This document shows, in pieces, positions 51,821 to 61,204 of a DNA stretch of 64,000 nt. The notes under the pieces are model-generated. The model was not told where the DNA came from, did no database searches, and saw nothing but the letters and a program-made list of their open reading frames with translations. Origin of the DNA: a virus (lineage: Duplodnaviria > Heunggongvirae > Uroviricota > Caudoviricetes); IMG/VR virus record IMGVR_UViG_3300020576_002722, positions 1-64,000 of that record; one strand, given 5' to 3'. Every line of letters begins with the position of its first letter. The stretch's first letter is position 1. A program made the position numbers and the translations under genes.

Positions 51821-52035
51821 GCCCAGTATCACGAGCAGCCTACCAGAGGTACCTCAGGTGGGACAAGAACCCGATCGCCAAGAGAACGGTCGGCCGCCTG
51901 TCGGTCTGCTTCATCCGTGGCCTGGATGACGAGGCCAAGAAGTTCGTGCCAGCCACCCGGTACCGGAACCTGGAGAACGAGGTGGCCACACTGAACGGAT
52001 GGAACCTCGGCCCGGTCCAACCATCCATCACTTAG
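51817..52035 (+). CDS. Small hypothetical protein (72 aa)
   Basis: ATGA-coupled refinement of the 51793 start. Confidence 0.35.
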   Translation: MSPVSRAAYQRYLRWDKNPIAKRTVGRLSVCFIRGLDDEAKKFVPATRYRNLENEVATLNGWNLGPVQPSIT

Positions 52036-52052
52036 CACTTGCACTATCAGAA

Positions 52053-53063
52053 ATGGCGCTTACATTTGCGGGCATGAGTCTGAACGAGTACCTGCGACAG
52101 AAGGTCCATTACATCCGCAAACAACGGAAACAGCTTCCGAACGACGCCTGGCACATGGACGATAGCACTCGTCAACAGATGCGCGACATCATCAGTGACC
52201 TTGGGGCACTGCAAGATATTCAGGCCGGCAGGCGCAAGGTGCTTCCTGGTGTCGTCGACAGGACCAAGAGTGGACCTATTGCGCACCCGGATGAATACGG
52301 ACCCGTGATCTATCGGTACGACGGGGTCGTCTATCGCCGGAAGAACGGAGTCACCACCGCCCTTGTTGAGCTGGATGAGACGATCAAGTGCGACGGATGC
52401 AACGTCTACCCAAACCAAGAAACCAACAACACACACATGGTAAGCCAAAGCAAGATCGATGAGGCCAAGTCCAGGGGTATTGTACCTGGAGCAACGATCA
52501 AGTGCGCATCGGTTCCCGACAGGTACGGCGTGGTCATGCCCACCTCGTACTGGAGGACAACGAGTGGCGGGGCTATCGATGTCGGCCTCGACAACAAGGG
52601 CACACAACTGTTCGCCTACTCCGGAGTGTTCAACAAGTGGTCCGAAGTGATCACCCTGGCACCGCCACCCATCGGGCTCCAGCCACAGGACGCCGTGAAG
52701 GCATCAGGGGCAATGCTCGCCGCCATCGCCGACAGGGCCGCCGAACTCGGGCTTCTCGACAGGAAGTTCGCGGGTGAGAACGGATCCGACTACCTGAATA
52801 GCGTGTCGGTACACTGGGACCCGACATGCTATTGCCCACTCCAGGTCGGCCACACACACGTCAAGCATAACCTTCTGACGCCGGACGAGTTCCTCCGTCG
52901 CCTGGAGAGCACGGTGTTGCAGCCTGTCACCAAGATCACAGAGCCGCGCATTGGCCGCGATCTTGAGCACACGGTCAAGTTCAACAAGGGCTCCATCACC
53001 GTTGGACGCACGACCGTTCCCAATGAAACCGTCCGCAAGATCGCGGCAAACCTCAAGGACTGA
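52053..53063 (+). CDS. Hypothetical protein (336 aa from MALTFAGMSL)
   Basis: ORF. Start set after the upstream stop. Confidence 0.5.
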   Translation: MALTFAGMSLNEYLRQKVHYIRKQRKQLPNDAWHMDDSTRQQMRDIISDLGALQDIQAGRRKVLPGVVDRTKSGPIAHPDEYGPVIYRYDGVVYRRKNGVTTALVELDETIKCDGCNVYPNQETNNTHMVSQSKIDEAKSRGIVPGATIKCASVPDRYGVVMPTSYWRTTSGGAIDVGLDNKGTQLFAYSGVFNKWSEVITLAPPPIGLQPQDAVKASGAMLAAIADRAAELGLLDRKFAGENGSDYLNSVSVHWDPTCYCPLQVGHTHVKHNLLTPDEFLRRLESTVLQPVTKITEPRIGRDLEHTVKFNKGSITVGRTTVPNETVRKIAANLKD

Positions 53064-53248
53064 TGACCTACCACATCGTTCAAGCGCTTGCCCTGGCCGT
53101 GGCCCTGTGGCTATCCGGTAACTACGTCGGCAACCTGGCTGTGGCTATCAAGGAGCACAGCAATGTTGCTGTGTCAAAGGCCAATATCAGCCTGCGGCTA
53201 TCAGCCATAGCGTGGGCCATATTCTGGTACATGTCATGGGGACACTGA
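53063..53248 (+). CDS. Small membrane protein (61 aa)
   Basis: Hydrophobic helix. Overlap-coupled. Confidence 0.35.
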   Translation: MTYHIVQALALAVALWLSGNYVGNLAVAIKEHSNVAVSKANISLRLSAIAWAIFWYMSWGH

Positions 53249-53439
53249 GACTGTTCCTCCTGTGCGTGGCCGGGTTCTCGCTCATCCTGTGGCTGGCAGA
53301 GTCTATCGATCAGCGGGCCACTATGGGCAGGAATCGCGTATACGTAGACCGAAGTACGTACGAGCCTGCCATAATGAGACCCATCTGGTGGGCAGCGGTA
53401 GCCATTGTGTCGACCTGCGCAGCCTATGCGCTTTCATGA
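53236..53439 (+). CDS. Small membrane protein (67 aa)
   Basis: Two TM helices. Start refined. Confidence 0.3.
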   Translation: MGTLRLFLLCVAGFSLILWLAESIDQRATMGRNRVYVDRSTYEPAIMRPIWWAAVAIVSTCAAYALS

Positions 53440-53645
53440 GCTGATCCTCGTGGCCCTGGCGGCTGCATCGATCGGATACCAGCTGACGGATTTCGGGATC
53501 ATGTGGGAGGACGAGTTCCACATGATCCCGCCCGCTCGTCTATTGATACACGAGCCCCGTCGAACTTCATTGCCGTTCTACCATCCAGAGGCTACCTTTG
53601 TGAGGAGGAGATCTATCAGAAGGTCTTCTGTCCGAAAAAACGAGG

Positions 53646-54026
53646 ATGAAATACTGGATCGCGTTCATCGTTGCTCTCTTCTGCCTGGACTCGTGCGCCC
53701 AGAGGTTGATGAGGAGCCACCTGGTTGGTGACTCTACCTCCAAGTGCATCCTGGTGATCAGGGACATGGACTCCTATGGCGATCCGAAGGCGTACGAGTT
53801 CCGCAAGTACAACGCCTTCAACCTGAAGCCCGGTGACTACCTGATCGGGTACTTCATCGACACCGGCTTCGTACACACCGAGATCATGCACGTCTCCCAC
53901 GAGAAGAGCGTGCAGGACCAGTTCATCCTGATCCGTCCGGTTCCACTCCACAAGGTGCGCTTCGCGCCTGCTGACAACGGGGACTCCACATCGTTCTTCT
54001 TTGATCTCGATTACCTGGACCCATGA
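53646..54026 (+). CDS. Lipoprotein (126 aa)
   Basis: Lipobox ALFCLDSCAQ. A-rich leader (CGAAAAAACGAGGATGAAAT). Confidence 0.55.
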   Translation: MKYWIAFIVALFCLDSCAQRLMRSHLVGDSTSKCILVIRDMDSYGDPKAYEFRKYNAFNLKPGDYLIGYFIDTGFVHTEIMHVSHEKSVQDQFILIRPVPLHKVRFAPADNGDSTSFFFDLDYLDP

Positions 54027-54119
54027 AACGAATGACCCTCTTCATCAACGAGGGGTTCGCCACTGCGGTAGCGATCCTTCTGATGGTTCTGTTCTGCTGA
54101 CAGTGGGTACCTTTGCGGT

Positions 54120-56063
54120 ATGGCAACCCGCACCGGTACGATCTTCGTCCTGAACTTCGACCCAAGGCCAGTGCCATCGGGTGACATCTGGATCGAGGTT
54201 CCGGGTGAGTACGACCAGGCCACCAACACCCGCAGGTTCAAGTTCAAGGTCGGCACCGGGCAGACCGCTTACAAGTATCTCCCGTACGGGCTGATCGGAG
54301 AGGAGACCGCCGCGCCGGCATCGACCGGCGGCAACATGGTCGGTCCCGCGTCGAGCACCGACAACGCACTGGTCCGATGGGACGGCACCACCGGTAAGCT
54401 GACCCAGAACTCGGTCATCGTCGTCTCTGACCTGGGAGCCATCACCGGGATCCTGTCGCTGAACGGGAACACGTTCGGGCCTACCCCAGGGGTACTGATC
54501 GTCCAGGGCAACGCGCTCACCCTCCTGTCGTCCGGGGCAGCCGCCGCAGGCCAGGTGGCTACCGCCGATGGGGCCGGCAACATCACATGGGTAACACCGA
54601 CAGCTGGGACAGGAGACGTCGTTGGACCGGCATCCGCCGTAGATGGCCACATCGTACAGTTCGACGGGGTAACCGGTAAGCTGATCAAGGACGGCCTGGC
54701 GACGTCCGCCGGCGGGAACGGTACGGCCGACTCCGGGAAGGTCCCTGTGTTCGGCGCTGACGGAAGCCTGTCAGTGGCCAATACAGGAGGCTCCGGATCA
54801 GCTCTGCTGGCCACGTCCGACGTTGCCTTCTTGCCCGCCGTGAACGCACTCAGCAATGGGAGCGGGCCGGCCGGCGCATTCTACAACAGCTCCACCGGCG
54901 ACGGGGTCAACGCATCGGTGAACGACGGGTACGCCGTATTCGGACTGAACGACTCGATAACGGCACCCGCTGGCCACTTCCAGAACGTGGACCCCACGAA
55001 GACTGGGGACCTTGGGCAGTTCCACAATGCCGATGACGACGGGCTCATCATCGAGAACGACGGTGGCCTCGACTGGACGACCCCTACTGGAGCGCAGTCA
55101 ACGGCCACCAATCTGCCCGTGTTCAGTGCTCTCAAGAAGGGAGTCGTGCCGGCGGCCGGCGCAGTACCATCGGCCACCAAGTTCCTGGACGAGACCGGGG
55201 CCTGGGCAGTTCCTCCGGACACCGATACCGGGATCACCCAGCTCACTGGAGATGTCACGGCTGGGCCTGGAAGTGGATCGCAGGCAGCTACGCTCGCCTC
55301 CGTCATCACGGCTGGTGGGCCGACGGGTAGCGCTTCGGTCGTCCCGGTCATCACCTATGACGCCAAGGGGAGGTTGACCGCCGTGTCCACGGCAACCATT
55401 ACACCTGCCGCTATCGGCGCTCCGGCCGGGTCAGGTACAAGTACAGGAACGAATACCGGGGACCAGACCAACATCTCCGGGAACGCGGCAACCGTTACCA
55501 CCAACGCCAACCTCACCGGCCCGGTCACGTCGGTAGGTAACGCCACCACGATCGCGGACCCAGAGCTGGCGGCTATCGCAGCCCTGACAAGCGCAGCGGA
55601 CAAGACCATCCAGTTCACTGGATCCGGAACGGCGGCACTGGTGAACTTGAAGGAGGGTCCGGAAGCGGCCTACACTGGAACGATCACATGGACAGCCGGA
55701 GCGGCCCCGTCTGGAGCGTCGTCACTCAGGCAGTTCTATACACAGGTCGGCAACCAGGTGTCGTGGCAGATCAGCTTGACGTACGCCAACACCGGAACTA
55801 CCGTAACGAACGTAGTGTTGACCTTCCCCACTGAATTCCCGACACCCGCGATACCATCAGGCTTCACGGGTGCCAGCGTTCGCCTGTACAGTTGCGACAA
55901 CGTACGCTTGTTGAGTACGCCCACCGGCTCGCTCGCTAATGCAACGGGCTTCTTCGTGATGCGGAACGCGGCTGATACCGGGTTCGATATCAAGAGCACT
56001 GGTACGTTCGCATCCGGATCCTATCGCACGTTCATCTTCGGTGGAACATATTTCACCTCCTGA
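54120..56063 (+). CDS. Second tail fibre-like protein (647 aa)
   Basis: Repeats STDNALVRWDGTTGKLTQNS and SAVDGHIVQFDGVTGKLIKDG, and KFLDETGAWAVPP, all common in phage fibre and host-specificity proteins. G/T/A-rich beta-sheet repeats. Confidence 0.65.
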   Translation: MATRTGTIFVLNFDPRPVPSGDIWIEVPGEYDQATNTRRFKFKVGTGQTAYKYLPYGLIGEETAAPASTGGNMVGPASSTDNALVRWDGTTGKLTQNSVIVVSDLGAITGILSLNGNTFGPTPGVLIVQGNALTLLSSGAAAAGQVATADGAGNITWVTPTAGTGDVVGPASAVDGHIVQFDGVTGKLIKDGLATSAGGNGTADSGKVPVFGADGSLSVANTGGSGSALLATSDVAFLPAVNALSNGSGPAGAFYNSSTGDGVNASVNDGYAVFGLNDSITAPAGHFQNVDPTKTGDLGQFHNADDDGLIIENDGGLDWTTPTGAQSTATNLPVFSALKKGVVPAAGAVPSATKFLDETGAWAVPPDTDTGITQLTGDVTAGPGSGSQAATLASVITAGGPTGSASVVPVITYDAKGRLTAVSTATITPAAIGAPAGSGTSTGTNTGDQTNISGNAATVTTNANLTGPVTSVGNATTIADPELAAIAALTSAADKTIQFTGSGTAALVNLKEGPEAAYTGTITWTAGAAPSGASSLRQFYTQVGNQVSWQISLTYANTGTTVTNVVLTFPTEFPTPAIPSGFTGASVRLYSCDNVRLLSTPTGSLANATGFFVMRNAADTGFDIKSTGTFASGSYRTFIFGGTYFTS

Positions 56064-56375
56064 TCACTGGTCCTCCCAGCTGATCACCTGGCCGATCGGA
56101 AGGCCGTCAGCGTACGACCTGAACTCCCAGCTTGAGTCCAGGTAGGCCACGTAGGTCTGGTCGTGCGTATAGGCAACGACGATCTGATCGGGCTCCGGAA
56201 GCTCCATGACGTGGCTGGATCGAAACGACAGCAGGTACCCGATCGCTACGCCGGCTGCCAGCGCTACGGATGCCCACACCTTCACATTGGAGATGTACTC
56301 GTCCTTGGCCTGCTTCAACTCCAGGCGATGGCGCTCAAGCGCTGCGTTCCTGGCCTCCCTTGCTGTGCTGTTCAT
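56064..56375 (-). CDS. Hypothetical single-TM protein (103 aa)
   Basis: Central hydrophobic helix VWASVALAAGVAIGYLL. Confidence 0.45.
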   Translation of the reverse strand: MNSTAREARNAALERHRLELKQAKDEYISNVKVWASVALAAGVAIGYLLSFRSSHVMELPEPDQIVVAYTHDQTYVAYLDSSWEFRSYADGLPIGQVISWEDQ

Positions 56376-56950
56376 ATTTTGGTCCTTGTTGATGGCATGT
56401 ACATGTTGACCGGGTATCCGTAGTCGTACTTGCGTCCATTGACATCAACCAGGTACCTGTATTCATCCTTTGCGACGATCTCCAGGTGCCTGTCGCTGTA
56501 TCCATTAGGAGCCGGCTTGATCTCCCATCCATGGTACATGATCTTTCCGCCAACGTTTCCATGATTCTTTCGCACGATACCGCGACGATCAAGCTCACTG
56601 GCGAGTTCATGGATATTCCTTGCACCCATCATGAGGTAGAAAGACTGCGGATCCAGGGCCAACGCATAGATCTTCATATCGATCGCGCTGATGATGTCGA
56701 ATGGCTTCGACTCGGCAACTCTGATCGGAAGTGGATTCCTGCTGACCAGGTCATCCACGTCACGATGTGTGCAGCTCCCGAACATCTCAGAGTACTTGTC
56801 GGCAGAGATCTTCTCCTCTGCGAACAGCTTCTTGAGCCTCTGGTCAGGTGACTCCTCTTTTTTCATTTCGCTCCAGAATGTCCGGTAATCAATATACTGT
56901 TCACTGAAAATCATCACCATCTCATCGACGGCCCTAATATGCTTTTCCAT
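56372..56950 (-). CDS. Hypothetical protein (192 aa) in a low-GC island
   Basis: ORF. AT-richer than its neighbours. Confidence 0.5.
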   Translation of the reverse strand: MEKHIRAVDEMVMIFSEQYIDYRTFWSEMKKEESPDQRLKKLFAEEKISADKYSEMFGSCTHRDVDDLVSRNPLPIRVAESKPFDIISAIDMKIYALALDPQSFYLMMGARNIHELASELDRRGIVRKNHGNVGGKIMYHGWEIKPAPNGYSDRHLEIVAKDEYRYLVDVNGRKYDYGYPVNMYMPSTRTKI

Positions 56951-57347
56951 GCTTGTGCGGCCTCGTTTCGTTGTAGGCCATCTTCAGCTCGATGTGGCGC
57001 TCCAGGTCGATACCCATCGCTCCGCACATGTCGGCGATCCTGATCACTGCATCGGCCAGCTCATCCTCGAAGGTGTCCTTGATGTGCTCAGTGAACGCCT
57101 CTTTGAAGATAGGGCTCTCAATGCGCTGCACGATCTCTCCGCGCTCATCCACCTTGAGCATGGTTGGACGTACCTCTATGTCGAAGGCACCAATAGATGC
57201 CCTCCTGTTATTCCTGTCAGCCTCCAGCGCCTCGCTCAGTTCACTGACCACGAGCATCAGGCGCTCGCCTACGTTCTGCTCGCGCTCGTAGAAGCCCTTG
57301 GCCACTGCGTTCGCGTGAGCCATCTTGATCAGATCCTTGATGTTCAT
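56934..57347 (-). CDS. MazG-like nucleoside triphosphate pyrophosphohydrolase (137 aa from MNIKDLIKMA)
   Basis: LMLVVSELSEALEADR and EDELADAVIRIADMCGAMGIDLE match the MazG/NTP-PPase EExxE/D helices. Confidence 0.6.
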   Translation of the reverse strand: MNIKDLIKMAHANAVAKGFYEREQNVGERLMLVVSELSEALEADRNNRRASIGAFDIEVRPTMLKVDERGEIVQRIESPIFKEAFTEHIKDTFEDELADAVIRIADMCGAMGIDLERHIELKMAYNETRPHKHGKAY

Positions 57348-57640
57348 AGCGAAAGCGTAAGCGTGTCTCCGCACATTCTGGTATTGAATGTTGCGCTATC
57401 TACGCGCACGCATCGAACACCGGAACGATTGGCGATGAACCAGTTCCATTCCGGATACTTCCATACGTGATGATGTACGACCACGACCGGTACGTATGCG
57501 TACGAATAAGTCCTTGTGCCATCGTGACACATGTGCCCAGGTGTATACTCCTTGGCCACCAGGTATCCGTGGAACGGCTCAGGGTCACACCCCGACAGGA
57601 GCGCTGTCAGGAACAGCAGCGCCATCATCTTTCGTTTCAT
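57344..57640 (-). CDS. Lipoprotein (98 aa)
   Basis: MKRKMMALLFLTALLSGCD signal and lipobox. ATGA overlap with the mazG-like start. Confidence 0.5.
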   Translation of the reverse strand: MKRKMMALLFLTALLSGCDPEPFHGYLVAKEYTPGHMCHDGTRTYSYAYVPVVVVHHHVWKYPEWNWFIANRSGVRCVRVDSATFNTRMCGDTLTLSL

Positions 57641-57899
57641 TTGTCATGACCTGTTTTACGTACTCTTCGATCGGTACTCCTTCCGGTTTCTCCTTCATGA
57701 TGCGCTCGTTCACGGCGAGCAACTGCTTCCATTGTGCCCCGGTCATCGACTTGCCGGCGATCGGGCCGTCCTCGAATGTGTAGACGACCTTGTCGTTCAT
57801 GGCCGCTACCACCTCGCCGAACGTGTGCTTCTTCTCGATGACCCGTTTGCTCTTGCGACGGGCCGCCCTTCCTGGGCTGCGTGGGTTACTCTTGCTCAT
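57585..57899 (-). CDS. Hypothetical basic protein (104 aa)
   Basis: ORF. Overlaps its neighbour by 56 nt. Confidence 0.4.
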   Translation of the reverse strand: MSKSNPRSPGRAARRKSKRVIEKKHTFGEVVAAMNDKVVYTFEDGPIAGKSMTGAQWKQLLAVNERIMKEKPEGVPIEEYVKQVMTNETKDDGAAVPDSAPVGV

Positions 57900-58036
57900 C
57901 GTGACAGGTCTTTCAGGTGCTTGATCCGCTTGTGGCCTACCTCATACCTGCGATTGTGCGGGGCATCCATCAGGTAGCACAGGATCCCGTACGAGATCAC
58001 TGCAACGACCAGATGCGCTATCAGGTACGTGATCAT
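57896..58036 (-). CDS. Small membrane protein (46 aa), not in the ORF track
   Basis: ATGA overlaps on both sides. MITYLIAHLVVAVISYGILCYLM. Confidence 0.3.
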   Translation of the reverse strand: MITYLIAHLVVAVISYGILCYLMDAPHNRRYEVGHKRIKHLKDLSR

Positions 58037-58326
58037 TGGTCGATCTTCGTCAATGCGTTCGGCTTCACGAACTGGGCGATGTCGATCCGCTCGTTCAGCT
58101 TCTTCACCTCGTCGGCCAGCGTGTCGTGCAGCGCTACGATGGCACCATCGACGGTTCCGGCCGTATTCGACAGGGTTGTGATCTGCTTCTTGATCGACCT
58201 CGACAACTCTTGCTGGGAGCCTCCCCAGTACTCGAACGCAGATTCAACGTCCTTTGCGGTCTTCTTGTCCTTGCGCAACTTCCACAGGAATGCCGCAGTG
58301 AGCAGTGTTAGCCAGATGGTGTTCAT
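58033..58326 (-). CDS. Membrane-anchored coiled-coil protein (97 aa from MNTIWLTLLT)
   Basis: N-terminal TM helix then a coiled coil. Upstream part of the ORF-track entry is junk. Confidence 0.4.
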   Translation of the reverse strand: MNTIWLTLLTAAFLWKLRKDKKTAKDVESAFEYWGGSQQELSRSIKKQITTLSNTAGTVDGAIVALHDTLADEVKKLNERIDIAQFVKPNALTKIDQ

Positions 58327-58487
58327 GAGTTGTTGGGTTTGTACTTGCGGGTGAGGAGGACGTGGTACGTTCCATTGGGTCCAGGAAGTACGGCAATGGC
58401 GATAGTCGCCTTGCCGTGACTGGTCACAAGGCTCTCGATCAGGTCCGGTAGGCCCTGGAGGTCGGTGTCGAATTGGACTGTTTCCAT
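58323..58487 (-). CDS. Small hypothetical protein (54 aa, METVQFDTDLQGLPDLIESLVTSHGKATIAIAVLPGPNGTYHVLLTRKYKPNNS), not in the ORF track
   Basis: ATGA overlap with the 58326 start. Confidence 0.3.
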   Translation of the reverse strand: METVQFDTDLQGLPDLIESLVTSHGKATIAIAVLPGPNGTYHVLLTRKYKPNNS

Positions 58488-58615
58488 GATTGGAGGAGGC
58501 AAGGGTAAGAGGTATCACTGAGTAATGCAAGAGGAATTTTCGCCTCACAGGTCAACTCGCTGATACTCAGGTGGAAAATTTCCTACCTTCGCATGTTCAA
58601 ACGAGAGAACGTTAC

Positions 58616-58969
58616 ATGGAAATCACTTTCGCACCCACCGGCCAGGTCGTTGATACGGCTTTCGCCACGCCCCAGAAAGGCACCGTCATCGCCCCGGTAG
58701 GTATCCCCTATCTGAATGTCCCCGACACCGATCCTCCGACCACCCCGTACGACGGAGTGATCGTGGACGGTGGAAGCTCCCTGTACCCGATCATGGGTGG
58801 ACCGGTGTACAACCTGTCCTTCTATGGCCCCGGTGGGACCCTGAAGGTGGCCGACTTCGCTATGGAAAGCGAGGCCGCTATCGCCACCGCTCAGGCTACC
58901 ATCGCTACCGCCCTGAACGCGACTACCGCTGCCATCACGCTGAACGCGGACGGAACGCTCGGTTCCTAA
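58616..58969 (+). CDS. Hypothetical protein (117 aa from MEITFAPTGQ)
   Basis: Lone plus-strand gene between two minus blocks. Start after an A-rich leader. Confidence 0.45.
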   Translation: MEITFAPTGQVVDTAFATPQKGTVIAPVGIPYLNVPDTDPPTTPYDGVIVDGGSSLYPIMGGPVYNLSFYGPGGTLKVADFAMESEAAIATAQATIATALNATTAAITLNADGTLGS

Positions 58970-58993
58970 GGATCCTGCCCGACAAGGCCGAGA

Positions 58994-60508
58994 TCAGCCC
59001 TGAGAGGGGCTTTTCTTGTTTGCCATCCTCTCTGCCACTTCTGCCCTGATCCGGTCGAACTTGGCCTTGTCCTCCTCGGCCTTCCTGTTTATGTAGGCGG
59101 CCGTACCTCTCTCCGGAGGGGACTTCATGATGATCGTATTGACCCTGTCGACCCAGTTGATATCGAGCATCTTGGCCAGATCCCTGATCACGCGGTAGTC
59201 CCCCCTGCGCCAGGGCTCCCACTCGACCGACCCAAGGTGCTGCGAATGGAAGGCGAACGAGATCCCGCTGATATCGCCGGCCACGATCTTGCCCCAATTC
59301 TCGTTTGACGGTATCAGCTTCTGTCCGGACATGGTCCTCCAGATCGTCGTCTGGTCAGGATGCAGCTCGCTGGCGATGTTGGCCAGGCCATTCGGCGCAA
59401 TGATATCGTCGTCGTCCAGGTACATGACATACCCGGATCGCACATGTCTGGCCAGCTCATTCAGGTACCTGTTGGCAGCCAGTGGTGCCGCGTAGTCTGG
59501 CCCACCTGGTGGTGCACCGACTGCGTACGGATGCACGCGCACCTTGTAGAACGGGTATTTGCAGATGAACCTGAATGTGTCGTCATCATGGTACGACGCG
59601 ATGACGTTCCAGTTGCGGTACAGCTGACCCTTCAAGCTGCTGTACAGCCTCTCGATCCCCTGCTCCCTGCGGTGGCATCGGACCAGGATGTTGATCAGCG
59701 GATCCTTGGCCACCCACTTGGAGAACACGATGGCGCACAGGTCGTCGTATGTATGTACAACCTTTATGATCGATCCACCCAGGTCCGGGTACCAGTTGTT
59801 GAAGCTGTTGATGTTGGGCCACAGCTCTCGGCACTCCTTGGAGTAGATGATGTTCTCGCCCCCGAAGTAGCTGCACAGGATCGAGTGGCCACCGTTCATG
59901 GTGATAAATCGCTCGCAGCCGGCGAACACTCGGCACTGTACCTCATTGAAGTCGCCCCCATGCGAGTCGACCAGGTCGTTCATGAACACGACCTCAGGGT
60001 ACTCCCTGGCGATCATGTCGTAGTCTCCAAGGTCCATCGAGTGGGCCGTATCCTCAAGTTCCTCGTTCCCGCGCACGTTCACGTACACGACCGTGTGGTC
60101 CGGGATCAGCATGTCGAACAACCTGCGCAGCGTCGGCAGGTCGAAGTAGTTGATCGGGCCACGACCCCACTCGCTATTGTAGCGGTTGCAGATGCATACG
60201 GTAGGCTTCTCGAACGTGATCGCGTCGGCCGAGAAGTGCTCCTTCAGCGGAGGTGGACGCCACTTGTCCTTGTCGAGGATTGGCTTATGGATCCTCATGT
60301 TGGGGATCTCCTTCACCGCCTCATTCGTGGCCTCGAAGCTGCGCTGCTTCGGATTGATCTGGTGGTCCGGCGAGAACCAGTATAGTGGCTCGCTACCTGG
60401 GCCACTGATGGTCCCCTCCAGGGTCCCGTTCAGGAAGTGGTAGTACGCGTACGGGAGCGTAGCGATCAGCTCGTACCCGAACTCAGTGTTGTGGCTGTTG
60501 ACTCTCAT
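58994..60508 (-). CDS. Two-domain protein with C-terminal GT-A-type (DxD) glycosyltransferase-like domain (504 aa)
   Basis: YVMYLDDDDIIAPNGL DxD motif in the C-terminal ~200 aa. N-terminal ~290 aa are of unknown function. Lower GC. Confidence 0.5.
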   Translation of the reverse strand: MRVNSHNTEFGYELIATLPYAYYHFLNGTLEGTISGPGSEPLYWFSPDHQINPKQRSFEATNEAVKEIPNMRIHKPILDKDKWRPPPLKEHFSADAITFEKPTVCICNRYNSEWGRGPINYFDLPTLRRLFDMLIPDHTVVYVNVRGNEELEDTAHSMDLGDYDMIAREYPEVVFMNDLVDSHGGDFNEVQCRVFAGCERFITMNGGHSILCSYFGGENIIYSKECRELWPNINSFNNWYPDLGGSIIKVVHTYDDLCAIVFSKWVAKDPLINILVRCHRREQGIERLYSSLKGQLYRNWNVIASYHDDDTFRFICKYPFYKVRVHPYAVGAPPGGPDYAAPLAANRYLNELARHVRSGYVMYLDDDDIIAPNGLANIASELHPDQTTIWRTMSGQKLIPSNENWGKIVAGDISGISFAFHSQHLGSVEWEPWRRGDYRVIRDLAKMLDINWVDRVNTIIMKSPPERGTAAYINRKAEEDKAKFDRIRAEVAERMANKKSPSQG

Positions 60509-60749
60509 TCTCGCAAGCTATGACCTGCGTATTGTCCAGGGTCTCGCAGTGCCGGCATCCGGATGTCGTGGACTCGATCCACTCGTGGCCGTTGGTACAC
60601 TGGAACACCTTGATCGATACGGTTCGATCGTGGAAGTGATAGCCGTCGTCATCGTTGATCCTGAGGAGGGGCCCCTCTTGCTCGGTCTCCTCCATCAACT
60701 GTGGCCTGCTTCTCAGACCATCCCTCTTGCACACCGGACATTCGCTCAT
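60483..60749 (-). CDS. Zinc-ribbon protein (88 aa)
   Basis: CPVC...CTNGHEW...CRHC. Confidence 0.45.
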   Translation of the reverse strand: MSECPVCKRDGLRSRPQLMEETEQEGPLLRINDDDGYHFHDRTVSIKVFQCTNGHEWIESTTSGCRHCETLDNTQVIACENESQQPQH

Positions 60750-61204
60750 AGTTTCCAGAGATTCTTCTCAAAGGTATCAGGAATCCTGAAGTCGATGATC
60801 TCTCGGACCACGTTCCAGTTGAGGCCACCCAGGTGGCATCCGATCAATGGGAAGTTGATCGCAAGTGTTCCGTCGATCGCAGCCAAGACGGCTACCTGTT
60901 GCATACACGCATCCATCGCATCGTAACTCGCATACTTCCTCCCGTCCTTTCCGTAGAACTCCTGCGTGAAGCAGTTCATGACGATCGTGTTGTCGCTGCC
61001 GAACAGATGTACCTCTTGAACGTCACCAAGCAAGTGGCCTCCAGGTCTCTTGGACGCAACATGCTTCAAGTACTCAGTGAACACTTTGGGCCACTTGTTC
61101 CGGATGGCGAGCGCCACACCAGATCCCATCACGCCTTGGGTATTAACCCCGTGCAGGATGATGCCTTTCGCGGTGAGAAGGTCACCCTTGATCTCGTTGA
61201 TCAT
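60746..61204 (-). CDS. Macro domain protein (ADP-ribose-binding or ADP-ribosylhydrolase-like, 152 aa)
   Basis: GDLLTAKGIILHGVNTQGVMGSGVALAI matches the macro-domain G-rich phosphate-binding motif. Confidence 0.7.
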   Translation of the reverse strand: MINEIKGDLLTAKGIILHGVNTQGVMGSGVALAIRNKWPKVFTEYLKHVASKRPGGHLLGDVQEVHLFGSDNTIVMNCFTQEFYGKDGRKYASYDAMDACMQQVAVLAAIDGTLAINFPLIGCHLGGLNWNVVREIIDFRIPDTFEKNLWKL

